64,000 bases of DNA from Monocercomonoides exilis PA203 (Eukaryota; Protista; Preaxostyla): the NCBI GenBank assembly GCA_001643675.2, contig LSRY02000012.1, positions 1,054,001 to 1,118,000 on the forward strand, given 5' to 3'. A program made the translations under genes and the position numbers. The number at the start of each line of letters is the position of its first letter. Positions within the stretch are counted from its first letter, which is position 1. This document shows positions 1-12,600 of this stretch, in pieces. The notes below the pieces were generated by a model, which worked only from the letters and a program-made list of their open reading frames with translations, did not search any database and was not told where the DNA came from.

Positions 1-171
1 TAATGATGGATGTGACAAAAATCAAAACAGTTGCAACACATATTTTGGTGCTTGCCTTTAGTTAGCAAAAACTTTAACTTTGATTAATTTTTAAAAATAA
101 ATCAACTTTTATGTGAAAGATGAAAATGATTCCCATAAAAAGTTAAAAACTATCATAAAAAACATTTAAAA

Positions 172-3100
172 ATGAGTTTTGGAAAAATTGAAACTCTTAA
201 CCAAATCAAAAAATTTTTATTAATTATTCTTTATTGCATCCATAATGTCTGCTCCGAAGATAAGGATTTAGTAGAAGCAGTTGAAAGTGCTCAAAAAACA
301 GGATCTCCTCCATATCCACGCGAAGGTTCATTCATCCAGTACATAAACAATCCCAAAAGAAAAGGATTATTCATTGGGGGCGGGAGGGATTATGATGGAA
401 ATGTCATGAAAGATGCATATTTTTTTGATTTAAAGCTTAAATTATGGAATATTGTTGAAACAAATTCACTTGATTTACTCCCTGATCGATATATGTGCAT
501 ATCATTTTGTACAGAAGATGTTATATATATTTGGGGAGGCCTCAGTTGTTGTGGGTTGACAAAAGAGTTACTTTCATATGATTTTGAAAGAGGCTCTTGG
601 GAAATCTTCCCGCAATCAGGAAGGATTCCCTGCGAGAGATATGCTCCTTGCAAAGCAGAAACAAAGTCGCGTGTTTATATTTTTGGAGGGCAAGGATCTC
701 ATGGACTATTAAATGACATATGGGAACTAGACAAACAGACATTTTTGTGGCGATGCCTCCGAGAAAATAATGCTTCAAAAAATCCACCCCCGCTACGCGA
801 TGGAGGAGCATGCGTGTTCAAAGGTTATTTATTTGTTTATGGAGGACTGACAAGTAATATTGATGACGAGCCAAATGTTTACAGAATAAACTTATCAAAT
901 CCTGATGATTGCAAATTTATTGAATTAATTTCTTCTCATCATTTTGTTGGAGCTGCTTTTCACTCTGGATTTACGAGTTATGTTACGGAAACGGAGTGCT
1001 ATGGAATTATGTGGAGCGGAAAAGAAGGTTCGTTGAAAGAACCGACAAATAATGCATTTATCTTGAATCTTACCGCTGCTGGATTTGACTCTGACGTTAA
1101 AAATGCAACAACGAATTATATTTATTTTTATTTTTATCCAAGCATTAAAAAATTTGGACCATCATGCACGATGGATGAAGAAGGAACTATTTATGCATTT
1201 GGAGGAAAAGACGAATATTCCGCATCAAACAGAATTTTACAAATGTCAAAAGAAAATTGGTTAAGTGCACAAACCCGAAAAGACATCATTTCACATATGG
1301 CCAATGAATCAGTGCCTTTTGTTAATCCTCAAAAAAATCAAGGTGAAATTGTATCTGAATTGACAAAAGATGCTTTTGAAGTTTCACTTCCTGTGACAAA
1401 GCACAAACTTGCTCAGTTAAGTGGAACTATGGCTGTTATTGGGGGATACAACCCTGAATTAAAGATGATGATGGAAACAAACAGAGAATTTACTCCAAGA
1501 TCAGAGTTCTGGTATAAATATCGTGAATCACGTTATGATTCTGAAAGATGTCCTTCAGTTGCAGAAGCTGCAATTGCTGCATCGAATGGAAGAATTTTTG
1601 TATTTGGCGGAGCGACTTACAATATAAACGGAGGTTTTGCATCAATGAGCAATGATCTTTTTGAATACAATGAAGTCACACAGTCTTGGCAAAAGATAAA
1701 AGTGAAAGGAGAGGAAAAACCACCGAAAATGTGCCGTTCTGGTGCCACAATATATGAATCAATACTGTACATTGTTGGAGGTTGTGATATCGACAATAAT
1801 ATACGTGATGAAGTATGGACATTCAATTTTGCTACATCAGAATGGCACAAAATTATGTTCGCTCTCTCCTCACTTCAGAGGCCAACTGTTTTTGTGAAAA
1901 GCATTATTCCTAGGAAATACTCAATTAATGGTAACAAAAGCAATCATCAACATTTAAAAAATACTCAGAATGGGCGGAAAGTTTTGAATGAAAAAGTTAA
2001 AGAAGATGATGAACAGCCAATTCCTCATCTATTTGTTTGTGGAGGAGATGATGGAGTAAGTCCAATAGATAATTGCATTGCACATCCAATCATGGTTGCA
2101 AATTCTTTTGGACCATGGCTTTATTTAAAGGGTCCTAAATTCCCAATTGGAAGCTCAGGAGTTGTTATTGGAGAGGGAGAAGTTGGATTTGTTGTTGGAG
2201 GAGAGGAATCTGGAGTTGCAAAGAAGTCATACTTATCCATGTTCACTTTCGATGAACACGGAGAAGTTAAACTAGACACACACAAATATGATGAAGGAAG
2301 AGAGGCAATTAATTTTCCTTTAGTGCACGGCAGTTGCGCTTTCATGATTGATTCGCTGTATTGCCTAGGTGGCTACGCGGTGAGTGAAGGAATGACACCG
2401 TTGCCTATTGCCACAAATAAACTAACCATAATCAAATTGAAAAGTCATCTTTCTGGCTGCTCGCCTGGATCATTTTTCGACACAAACACAAATCGGTGCG
2501 CTCGCTGTCAAATGGGAACATATTCATCACGCTTCAACCAAACGGAATGCGAAAAGTGTCCTGCTGGAACCGGCTTACTGGGATCTGGAACATCAATAAA
2601 TGCATGCGTTCCATGTGAAGATGGAACATTTCAGCCTGAAGCAGGAGCCAGCACATGCTTCACATCCATTTTAAATTGTACTTGTATTATTGGATCAGCT
2701 GCAAACAAGAGCACTTTGCAGAGAAAGCCATTTGAATGCACAGAACAGCCGAAATCATATAATCCAAATTCAAATAAAGAAACAATGTTCACAGTGTTGT
2801 TTTATGGAGTTTCGTTGGCACTAGGCTTGATTGTTGCTATTTCGTGCTTTTGCCTTCCTATACGAGAAAAGTTGTACAAATTGGATCAATTCTCAAATAC
2901 GTACAAAGATGATCTCGATGAGAAAACACATAAGGCAGTGAAGATTGTGAGGAAAACGAGTTATGGGGGATGCATTTCGATTATTGGCATCTGTTTTGTG
3001 GTTGGTGCGGCTTCGGCTGTCATTGTGCTATTCTTTTTGATAAACACGCTCGAGAATCGAATTTATGTTGACTCAAAAATCCAGAACATAACGATAGATA

Positions 3101-4159
3101 AATTCATCAACAAAAAGATGGAGCTCATAATTCGATTGAGAGATTATTCAGGCGAATGTGTAAAGGATGCGAAAGAAAAACTTGTTGAAGTACAAGGAGA
3201 ATGCTCTCCGCTTCTTGGAATTGGAAAAAGTTCATATGACCCATTAAGTTTGCTTTCTATTTTTAACTTCAATTTTTGTTTATTTTATTTTATTTTATTT
3301 TATTTTATTGTTTTTCTTTTTTCATATTTCTTGAAACTTGATCTGTCTTTTTGTTCGTTTCAAAATAAAACATTCAGATATTTATCCTACTGAGCCGGTT
3401 GCTATCGAGCCAAGATGCAGTCAATCGCCGTCTCCAAACAAATTATTCACTCCAACAACAGACTGCACCATTTCCATTTCTACAGAGAACATTAGCATTG
3501 TTGCAGTTGACAGACGAGTTAAACTTCTTTCGTTTTATTCAAAGGAGAAAGATGCATTATTCTATGGAATAGATGCATTTATCTCTGTTGATTCCGGAAT
3601 TACTCAGCAGAAAGGTTACTTCTTCCTTGATACTACATACAGTTCTCAGGCAGAAAGTCATTTTGATGGAGATCCAGCGCATGTCTTCAAAGGCGGAGAA
3701 CAAACGCAGGTTGTTGCTGAGCTGATGGTTAGCAAGTATGAGGAAAACAAATGGAAGCACATTGTGCAGATGGGCCACGAAGCAAGCAGGATTTCAATCA
3801 GACCTGGCTCTCAAGTGAAGAACAGCGGAATAAGCCTTGCGCTGAGCGTGGGAGTGGATGTGGTTGTGGAGCTGTCGCAGACGGTGGTTGTGACGACGAG
3901 GTCATTTAAGACATCAGCGGTTGGGTTGATAACTGCATTAGGAGGCACATTTGTGTACTTAAATTACATTGGGAAGCTGATTCCATTGGTGGAATTTATA
4001 TTTAGCGGGAAAATATGTTGTGGACGCTTCAAAAATAAGAGGAAAAAGTCGCGTTTTCAAAGCATTGTGGCTAGAGAACCTCTTCTGGATGAGGAGAGAA
4101 AAAGGATTCAGATGGAAAGTGATGATGTGAATCAAGACATGGTCGGATATTCATTGTAA
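172..4159 (+). CDS. Kelch-repeat + Cys-rich (GCC2/GCC3, ephrin-receptor-like) multi-pass membrane protein, 2 exons (intron 3248-3377)
   Basis: N-terminal hydrophobic stretch and many Kelch GG motifs (IYIWGG, VYIFGG, LFVYGG, IFVFGG, LYIVGG, LYCLGG). Cys repeats CSPGSF..C.RCQMGTY..CEKCPAGT..C.PCEDGTFQ and three hydrophobic helices. GT at 3248 and AG ending 3377 join ORFs 172-3393 and 3338-4159 in frame (phase 1). Confidence 0.85.
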
Positions 4160-5328
4160 CTTCATTTATTCTCTTGAAAGCACAAATTCACTTCTGTTGT
4201 ATATACTTGTGATATCTATCATGCCTGCAAACATAAGAGAAATTTTGATAAGAATGTTTTGTTTAATGCCAAATAAAAGCTCTTTTCTTTTCGTTTTTCA
4301 TTTTTCTATGATATTTATATGTATTTTCTTGCTTTTATATATTAACAATTTATCTTTGATGATTGTTAAGATGACAAAAATATTTTTTTATCTGTTATTT
4401 GTGTATTATACAGTTGCTAAATCAAATGTATTGAAGGAATGCTGATTTTATAAACAAACAGATTTTGATGATTTTAATTTGGTGTATAGTGAAGTTCTTA
4501 ATTCTTTGTTCTGAATTTTTTGTTTGTTTTTTCTTGATATTTTTCTTTCTTTCTTTCTTTTTTCTTTTTCTTTTTTTTTTTTCTTTCATATTTTAAATAA
4601 CATTTTTTTCTGTTTCTTTTCTCATTTCGGCATAACGTCTGGAATGGAGGTCTAATTATGTATAATTCCACAAGAGTGTATTGACTTTTTTCTGATGGTT
4701 TTATAAAGAAAACTTGATATTCCATTTATTTTACTTTGTGAAATTTCAATCAAAAAGAGGCTAAAATTTAATAGAGCCGATTGCATATCCATGTGTAATT
4801 GATATTTGAATCGAAAAATTATTGTCAAGTTATTCATTTATAAGACATTTCAGAAAGATGAGATATTTCCAGTCGAGAAACAAGCAACATAATTGGAAAT
4901 TGCTTTTCTTCGTTTTATTTTCATTCAATTTCTTTTAAATGGAATGCTTCCTTATGTTCTTTTCAACATGCTTTAACGAGCTCAAACAATTCTGGTTTTT
5001 TGATGCAATTCAACACTCTTCTAAACATTTATGAATGTTGAGATAAAAGTTCCACATTGGAATAAAACATGTTGACTTATATGTGTTCCAAAATTTTGCA
5101 ACAGTTTGTTGATGCGTTCAATTTTAACTTTCTGAAAAAAAAACATGTTCATTCCTTTACAAATTAAATTATGAAATTTAGAAAAAACAGGTTCAACAAA
5201 ATAACGCCAAAAATTGATAAAATCATTAACTACACATATTATTGGATTGTTGTTCTTGAATGGTTAAAAATCTTCTTTTAAAAAAAGAGTTTGAAATACA
5301 TAGACAAATGCACCAAACATTTCATCGC

Positions 5329-6423
5329 TTACCACGCCTTTGTTTCCTTTCCAATAGTATCGAGAATTCCAGGAACGAAGTTCATAACCCTGATATGAAA
5401 CTTTCCTTCACCTTCGTATTCCAACACATTCACACATGCAGCATCCTGTTAAAATTAATTTGTTAGCATTTAAGGTGCTTGCTGAAAAACAAAACGAATG
5501 ACTATCACACTTGTCCAAGTTTCCAATAATTGTCAAATGGAGCTTCAAGAAGTTCACACAATATTGTTCTGGTGCAAACTTGATGTGTAACTTGATTATT
5601 TTAATGGAGAAAAAAAGACATAAAACAATTTAGCTATCAATAATCAATAAATAAGCGTCATTCAAACCAGCCACAATTTCTTTTCCGAGATTGTCCTCGC
5701 AAGCTTTTACCAAAATGTCGCGGCACCTCTTTGCAAGATCACTTAACTTTTCTCCACCAAGATCGACTTGACTGATGTGTTCGAGGAAAAGCTGGAAAAA
5801 TAACAATTTTTATTGATAACATTTCATAAATTGAAATTACCTTGAATTTTTCTGGATCCATGGCTTGTGCTTCTTCAAGAGTCTTACCCTCCCAACTGTC
5901 AATTTGCAAATACAACAAAAATACATGCTTTTTCAAACATTAGAAATACAATATCACACGGTCCGTAAAATACGCTATCCAATTCCTTTACTACAATTGG
6001 CTTCAAGGGCTCTTCCTGTAAAATTCACTTAAAAAACAAAAACCTAATCAAATTAGACCTTTTCATCCTTGTGACCAATTGAAATGATTTCTGCAGTTTC
6101 GATAGCCCTTGGCCTGGGACTTGAGTAAATAGCTGCAATATGTTTCTTTTCCAATAGAGATTGGACTCTTTTTGCCTTTTGAAGGAAGAAGATGCATGCA
6201 TCCATTTGTTATCATTTTATAAAATTGAATCAAATTAGAAATAAGTAAAATACAAACTTGTTCTCTGCCAGTGTCACTCAATGGAACATCGGACGAACCT
6301 CGAAAGCGTGAGCCCTCATTTAAAACAGTACTTCCGTGACGGCATAGATATACTGATAAAAAAGTGAAAGCATTTCGAAAAATTGTTAAAAATTTGCATT
6401 TACAAACAAATAGTTTTTGGCAT
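5329..6423 (-). CDS. Histidine phosphatase superfamily (PGAM/CobC/PspA-like) protein, 8 exons
   Basis: Manual splicing gives MPKTILYLCRHGSTVLNEGSRFRGSSDVPLSDTGREQ-AKRVQ..IYSSPRPRAIETA..FYGP-WEGKTLEEA..GGEKLSDL..IVAVTHQVCTRTILC..YWKLGQ-DAACVNVLEY..RVMN..W*. The RHG, SSP..RA..TA and second His motifs are all present. The 3' end is slightly uncertain. Confidence 0.85.
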
Positions 6424-6651
6424 TGTAAAAATTCAAATTATTAAGCGAAATTTGATCTCTGATTTATCGTGATTTTCAATGAATTAAATAATAATACGAA
6501 TTCTCAATTGCGAAATTTTTATGTTGTGATAGTCACAAATGAAATCAAGATCCTTCCCAACAGATATTCTGACAGAAAAATAAAGCTGTCTGAGCAAGTG
6601 ACATTAGAGATTTACGAGCGTATTTGCGTTTCATCTTTCTTAAAAGTGTAA

Positions 6652-9600
6652 ATGGGCCCTGCTCACAGTCATGATAAAAATGCAGAGGAGCTTCATTTTC
6701 CTCACAGCCTTCTTACTGAACTTCCAAGGCCATTGGCAACTCAAATCCACCCAAACCTTAGGATCTTAAATATTGCGTCGAATGCGATTTCTGAGTTACC
6801 ACAGCTAAAACCAGTTTTACCAAAGCTTCAAGAACTTAATATTTCAAAAAATCGTTTTTCATCATTTCCAATCTCATTAACTGGACTGGATACTTTAAAA
6901 TCGTTGGTATGTTTTCATTATTTCCATTTTATTTCGCAAAAAAATTTTGCAATGATATTGTTGAAATATTTTTATATTTCAATCATAAATATCTTTTATA
7001 TTCAGGATATTAGCTATAACCAGATAAAACATTTTCATCATATCGTTCTCCAACGTCTTTCTGAATTGATTTTGATATCCAATTATCTTCTTACAATTCC
7101 GCATGATCTTGGAGTTCTTTTCCCTAAGCTTACACTTTTAGCCATATCCAGGAATCAGTATGTTTTTTGTTGAATGCATGTATTAATTTTTCATTTTTTC
7201 GAAATAGACTTGTCAAGCTTCCAGCAATCTCCATTCCAACATTGACACGAGTTGACGCTGACAACAATCAAATAATGTCTATTCCTTCGCCTCTTGTCTG
7301 CCCGCAACTCAGCTCGCTGAACCTTTTCATGAATGATCTGAAATCTCTATCATTCCCTCAGCCGTCAAATCTCAATAAGCTTGAAACGCTTGATCTTCGA
7401 GCGAATTTGATAGACACAATAAACAAAGAAGTCTGTTCAAATTTTTATTTTAATAATGCCACATGATAAAAAATTTGAAATAATTGATGAAAAATTTAAT
7501 AATTTATTTCATTTCTTGTTTAATGACATATTATTGTTGCAGTCGCTAAAGAACATGCCGAACTTGAAGCAGCTGCTACTGACACACAACAATCTGCAGA
7601 CGCTGCCTTCATCTCTTTGCACTTCTCTTCCGCTTCTGCGCCTTTGCTGGGTGGGAGAAAACAGGCTGACAACTCTTCCCTCACAAATTGGCCAGATGAA
7701 GGTCTGCTTTGCACAAATAACTTGCAACTTGCTATTTTGAAGCTTCTTCTTTTTCTCCTTTTTTTGTTTAAACCCTTCTTTTTGCTGTATGTATGTATGC
7801 GTGTGTGTGTGTGCTTATGTATTGGTGCTGTGTGCATTTCATATGATATCCACTTTCTTCCCTTCAATAAAAAATAATCTTTCTTCTTTCTCATCTCCTC
7901 CTCCTCCTCCTCCTCCTCCTCCTCCTCACCCAACCACTTCTCCCTTTCCAGTGTCTCACTTCATTCTTCGCCGCCTCCAACTTCATCCAGCACTGCCCGC
8001 CGCTTCGTTACACAACCCCTGCCTCGCCCGACCCGCTCGCCGACTTCCGCTCTGGGCGGATGCGTCCAATGTCGATGATGCTCACCCCGTCTGTGCTGAG
8101 AGTCAACCTCAGCGACAACTACCTCACAGCCACTCCTCCACTGGGGGCAGATGTCATCTTGTTCTCGGCTGACAGAAACGCTATCTCAAGGATCGGACGT
8201 ATGATGTGCTTTGTGGGATTAAAGGAGTTATTTTTAAATTAATGCGTTTTTCTTTTCTTCTTCTTCTTCTTCTTTTATTTAAACTCTTTTGAATACTTTC
8301 TTTAAAAAATAACCATCTTTTTTATCCTCATTCATTTCATCTATCATTATTTCCATCCTCTTAACTGCTTCTCCTCCTCCTTTTCTCCTTCTTCATCTTC
8401 AGCCATCCAACAAGGCTCCCGGCTCCAGACACTGCATCTGCGCTTCAACTGTCTCCGCTCTCTTCCTTCCAGTCTGTTTGAGCTCTCTTCCCTTCAGACA
8501 CTGACACTCTCAGGGAACAACCTTCGGAATGTGGATGCAGATAACGCTGAAGAGAATGAAGAAGAAGAAGAAGAAGAAGAAGATGATGATGAAGATGGAT
8601 CGAATGGAGAACAAAAGAACAGAGAAGAAACTGAACAAGATTGGAGTAAGTCGTTGTCGGATATTGAAGAGAACAATGAAGATGCAGATGATGATGATGA
8701 TGATGACGACGAAGGGAAGAAGAATAAAAACAATGAAGAGAACTCTGAACAGAATCCATTGTCTTTTGCATCTGACAGCAATTCATTTCATCCGCCTCTT
8801 ATTTCATCATCATCATCAACAACATCATCATTATCTTCTTCCTCTTCTTCTTCCTCTTCTTCTTCACCACACCACTTCATCTCCACCCGCTCCTCCACGC
8901 TTTCCACCACTGCCACAAAAAGCTCCACATCCACCCTCCTTTCGTCCTCCAGCCTCGCCTCCTCCTCTTCCACTGCCACCTCCACCACATCCTCCTCCTC
9001 CGATGCCAACGCTCTCTTCCTCTCTCTCCCTCCCCCTTCCCTCGGCTCCCTGGGCCTGCTCCACACGCTTGACTTGTCCTTCAACAGACTCACAGCAGTC
9101 CCTTCGGCTCTGTCTTCACTGACGCTGCTGACACGCCTCTCGCTCGCATTCAACTTCATCTCGTCTGTGCCCCGCTGGCTGTTCACAATGGACAACCTGT
9201 CGGTGCTTGTGCTGTCGGGAAACTGCATCACAGCACTTCCACCGGTTAGAATGGCGTTTGGAGGAGGAAGAGGAGGAAGAGAGGGAAGAAGGGAAAGGGG
9301 AGAAGGAGAGGAGGAGGATTATGAGGAGGAGGAGGAGGAGGATGCTATTGATGATGATGACGACGAAGAGGAGGAGGAAGACGAAGATGAAAGTGAAGAA
9401 GATGAAGAAGACGAGGATGTTGATGAGGACGACGAAGAAGATGAAGACGAAGAGGACGAAGAAGAAGAACGCACCACAAAGAGCAAGATCCAGAGGATTC
9501 CGCCTTCTCCTCCGCCTCCTCAACCCTTGGAGCCAGTCACAACAGATGCAAACTCGTCTTCATTGAATGACCTAGCTTCAACTTCTGATTCGAAGGAAGA

Positions 9601-12600
9601 AGAAAGAAAGAAAGAAATATCTGATTTGAATAACGGTTCAATGAATGGAAATGAAGAAGAGAAGGCAAAAAATGAGGTGTCAAATACAGAAAATGAAAAA
9701 TCACAGAAAACAACTGAAGATTCGGCTCATCCAAAACCAGAAGCCAAAATTCAGAATGAGCCACAAAGAACTTTACAATCAACATCATCAAACAGTCCAC
9801 ATTCAGTCAAAACAGGAGCAAACAGAGAGAAAGAAACAGCCTCTGAGACATCCAAGTCACACACAGCCACACAAAGCATCTTCCTCACTGACGAGCTGTC
9901 CCCTCTCACCCACGTCTATTTGTCCTCTAACCACCTCTCCTCTTTTCCTCCTTTGCTTCTGCAGTTCAAGTCCCTCACCACTCTCTCCATCGCCCACAAC
10001 CGCCTCGCCTCTCTTCCTCCTCATCTCTTCGCAGCTCTTCCTGATTTGCTCCGCCTGGACGCCTCGTTCAACCGCATTGAGCGTATTCCGCCGTCTCTTT
10101 TCGACACGTTTATTCCGCAGCTCGACGCCGGAGTTATTCCGGCTTCGGAGAAACTGCAGGAGCAGCTGCAGACAGCGGAGGGGATAAGAAATGAGGCAAA
10201 TGGTTCACTTAATGCGAACAAAGCAGATACTGAAAGGAATTCTCGAAGGGAAAAAGAAGGAAAAAACGAAGGAGATAAACAGAAACAAAAGGAGAGGCAG
10301 AAGGAAACGCTGGTTGTGTCAACCACAAACACGATTTCTGTGTCAAGTTCGTTGAATGTCACACCCGCGGCACTGGCTGCAATGGCATCTCGACTGAAAC
10401 CCACCCCTTCACTCCACAATTTTTCTTCTTCTTCCTCTTCCTCTTCTTCTTCTTCTTCCTCAAAGTTAACATCTCTGAATGATTCTTCCTCATCTTCCTC
10501 TTCCTCTTCTCATTCCCCCACCTCCTTCTCTGGCAAGACCATTGTGTATGTGGATCTTTCACACAACCCATTTCGTTCTCTTCCTAACTCTTTTCTTTCG
10601 ATGGACATTTCATTCCACACCTGCAAACACAGCTCAGCGTACGCCCTCCTCTCATCACCGCCACTTCAGCAGCCGCAGGAGCAAATCAGCTTAAACTACA
10701 CGTCAGTTCGAAACTCTTCGATTTCTTCTTCATCTTCATCGTCTTCATCAGCAGCATTTCAATCTTCTTCTTCTTCTACTTCTCTTTCTTCCTCTTTCTC
10801 TTCAATCTCCTCTTCGTCTCCCTCTTCTTCTTCTTCTTCTTCACATCCACTTCACGACCCTTCTCATAGCACTTCTTCTTCTCTCTCTCATCGTCAGGCT
10901 TCTTCTCTATTCAACACACAGACAAATTCCCCCATCATTTCTGGAACACCTTATCGCTCCATCACTTCAGCTGACACTTCAACCTCTCCTTCTCCTCCTT
11001 CCTCTTCTTCCTCTTCCTCCTCCTCTTCTTCTTCTGATTCGTCTCATTCATGTGAACAAGATACATCAGTATTAGCAAATTCATCATCAGCATCAATATC
11101 ATCTTCATCAACAGCTCCACCTGAACCTCCTCCCTCGCTCCATCCAGATGATGACAGCTCACCAAAACAAGAGAAAGAACCTAATGTTTCTTCTTCTTCT
11201 TCTTCTTCTTCTTCTTCTTCTTCTTCTTCTTCTTCTTCTTCTTCTTCTTCTGAAACATTCACATCATCATCATCTTCTTCATCATCTTCTTCTTTATCAA
11301 CTCCTACTCCACCTCCACCTTCACAGCACTACAACTCAAACGAAGACACTTCTTGCCCCAATTTCTCCTCTGCCATTTCATCTGCTTCTATTTCATCATC
11401 CTCAACATCAACTTCCTCTTCATCTTCCTCCTCTCTTTCCTCCTCTCCTTCCTCTTCCTGGCTCCCTCTCTCCGAATCCCTCACCCGCCGTGCCTCCGAT
11501 GCCTCGTCATTGAGCTACCCTCCGCCTCCTCCTCCACCTCCTGTCTCTTTGCATCGCCCTCTTCTCTATGCCGACCTCTCATTCACTGGAATTGGGGCAG
11601 TGAAATGGGGCACAGAAATGGATGTATATTTGGACGAAGAAGAGATCAGGAACGAGAAGGAGTCAAAGCAGATGTGGCTGAAGGAGAAGCAGAAGCTGGA
11701 GAGGATCAGCTCGAATGAGAAGGGGAAGACAAACACACAGACGAATATGAATATGAATGAGATACAGAAAGAATTGAATGATGCTAATTCACCGAACAAC
11801 ATGCAAAGACAAAACAGAAGCAGAAGCAGAAGCAGAAGCAAAAGCAAAAGTGGTAGTGCCAGTGTTAATCAGTCACAATCAGCAAATGTTCCTCCAATAG
11901 CACCGCCTTCCATTGACTTTCCTTCTCTTGCTCAGAATATGCTTCATCCATTGAAAGAAGACACAGATGGACAATCGAATAATTCTGATGCAAATGCTCA
12001 AGTGACATCGCAACCATCATCACCACCTCCACCACCTCCTCCACAAGAATTGTCATCATTTTCTTCTTCCTCTTCTCTTACTAATACTTCTTCTTTTTCT
12101 TCTTCTTCTCTGCCTTCTTCTGATAACTCCATACCAAATGAAACCTCTCCAGACTGCGAGAAAGACAAATCTCAATTCAGCGATGCTTCAGCCAGTGTTC
12201 TGCAGCAAAGCACCAGTCAGCTTCAGAACTTGTTTGATTTCTCTTCTTCCTCCTCCTCCTCTTCTTCTTCTGCCCCACAAAAAGGAACCTCTTCTGAACA
12301 CAAACATGCAGCAGATTCAACACCTTCGAAGAGCAGCAAGAAAAAGACAACACGACAAAGTCATTCAAATGATAACACATCTTCCTCCTCATCCTCATCC
12401 TCTTCCTCTTCCTCTTCATCATCTTCCTCCTCCTCCTCTTTGCTCCTCACCTCAGCCACATACGGATCCCTCGTCTTCCTCTCCCGCATCCACATGCTCC
12501 GCCCGCTTATCCGCTGCACCTCTTCTTCTCAAGTGTCTCTGTCACGTGCGCCGTGGACAGCACTGACGATGGGGCTGCGCCTGTTTGAGCACGAGTGGCG

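Noticed and set aside
4960-5280. Short exon-like segments on the minus strand downstream of the histidine phosphatase, including a GTAAGC donor overlapping its stop
   Set aside because: No phase-consistent model could be built. They may be 3' UTR, or a small gene that needs RNA evidence.
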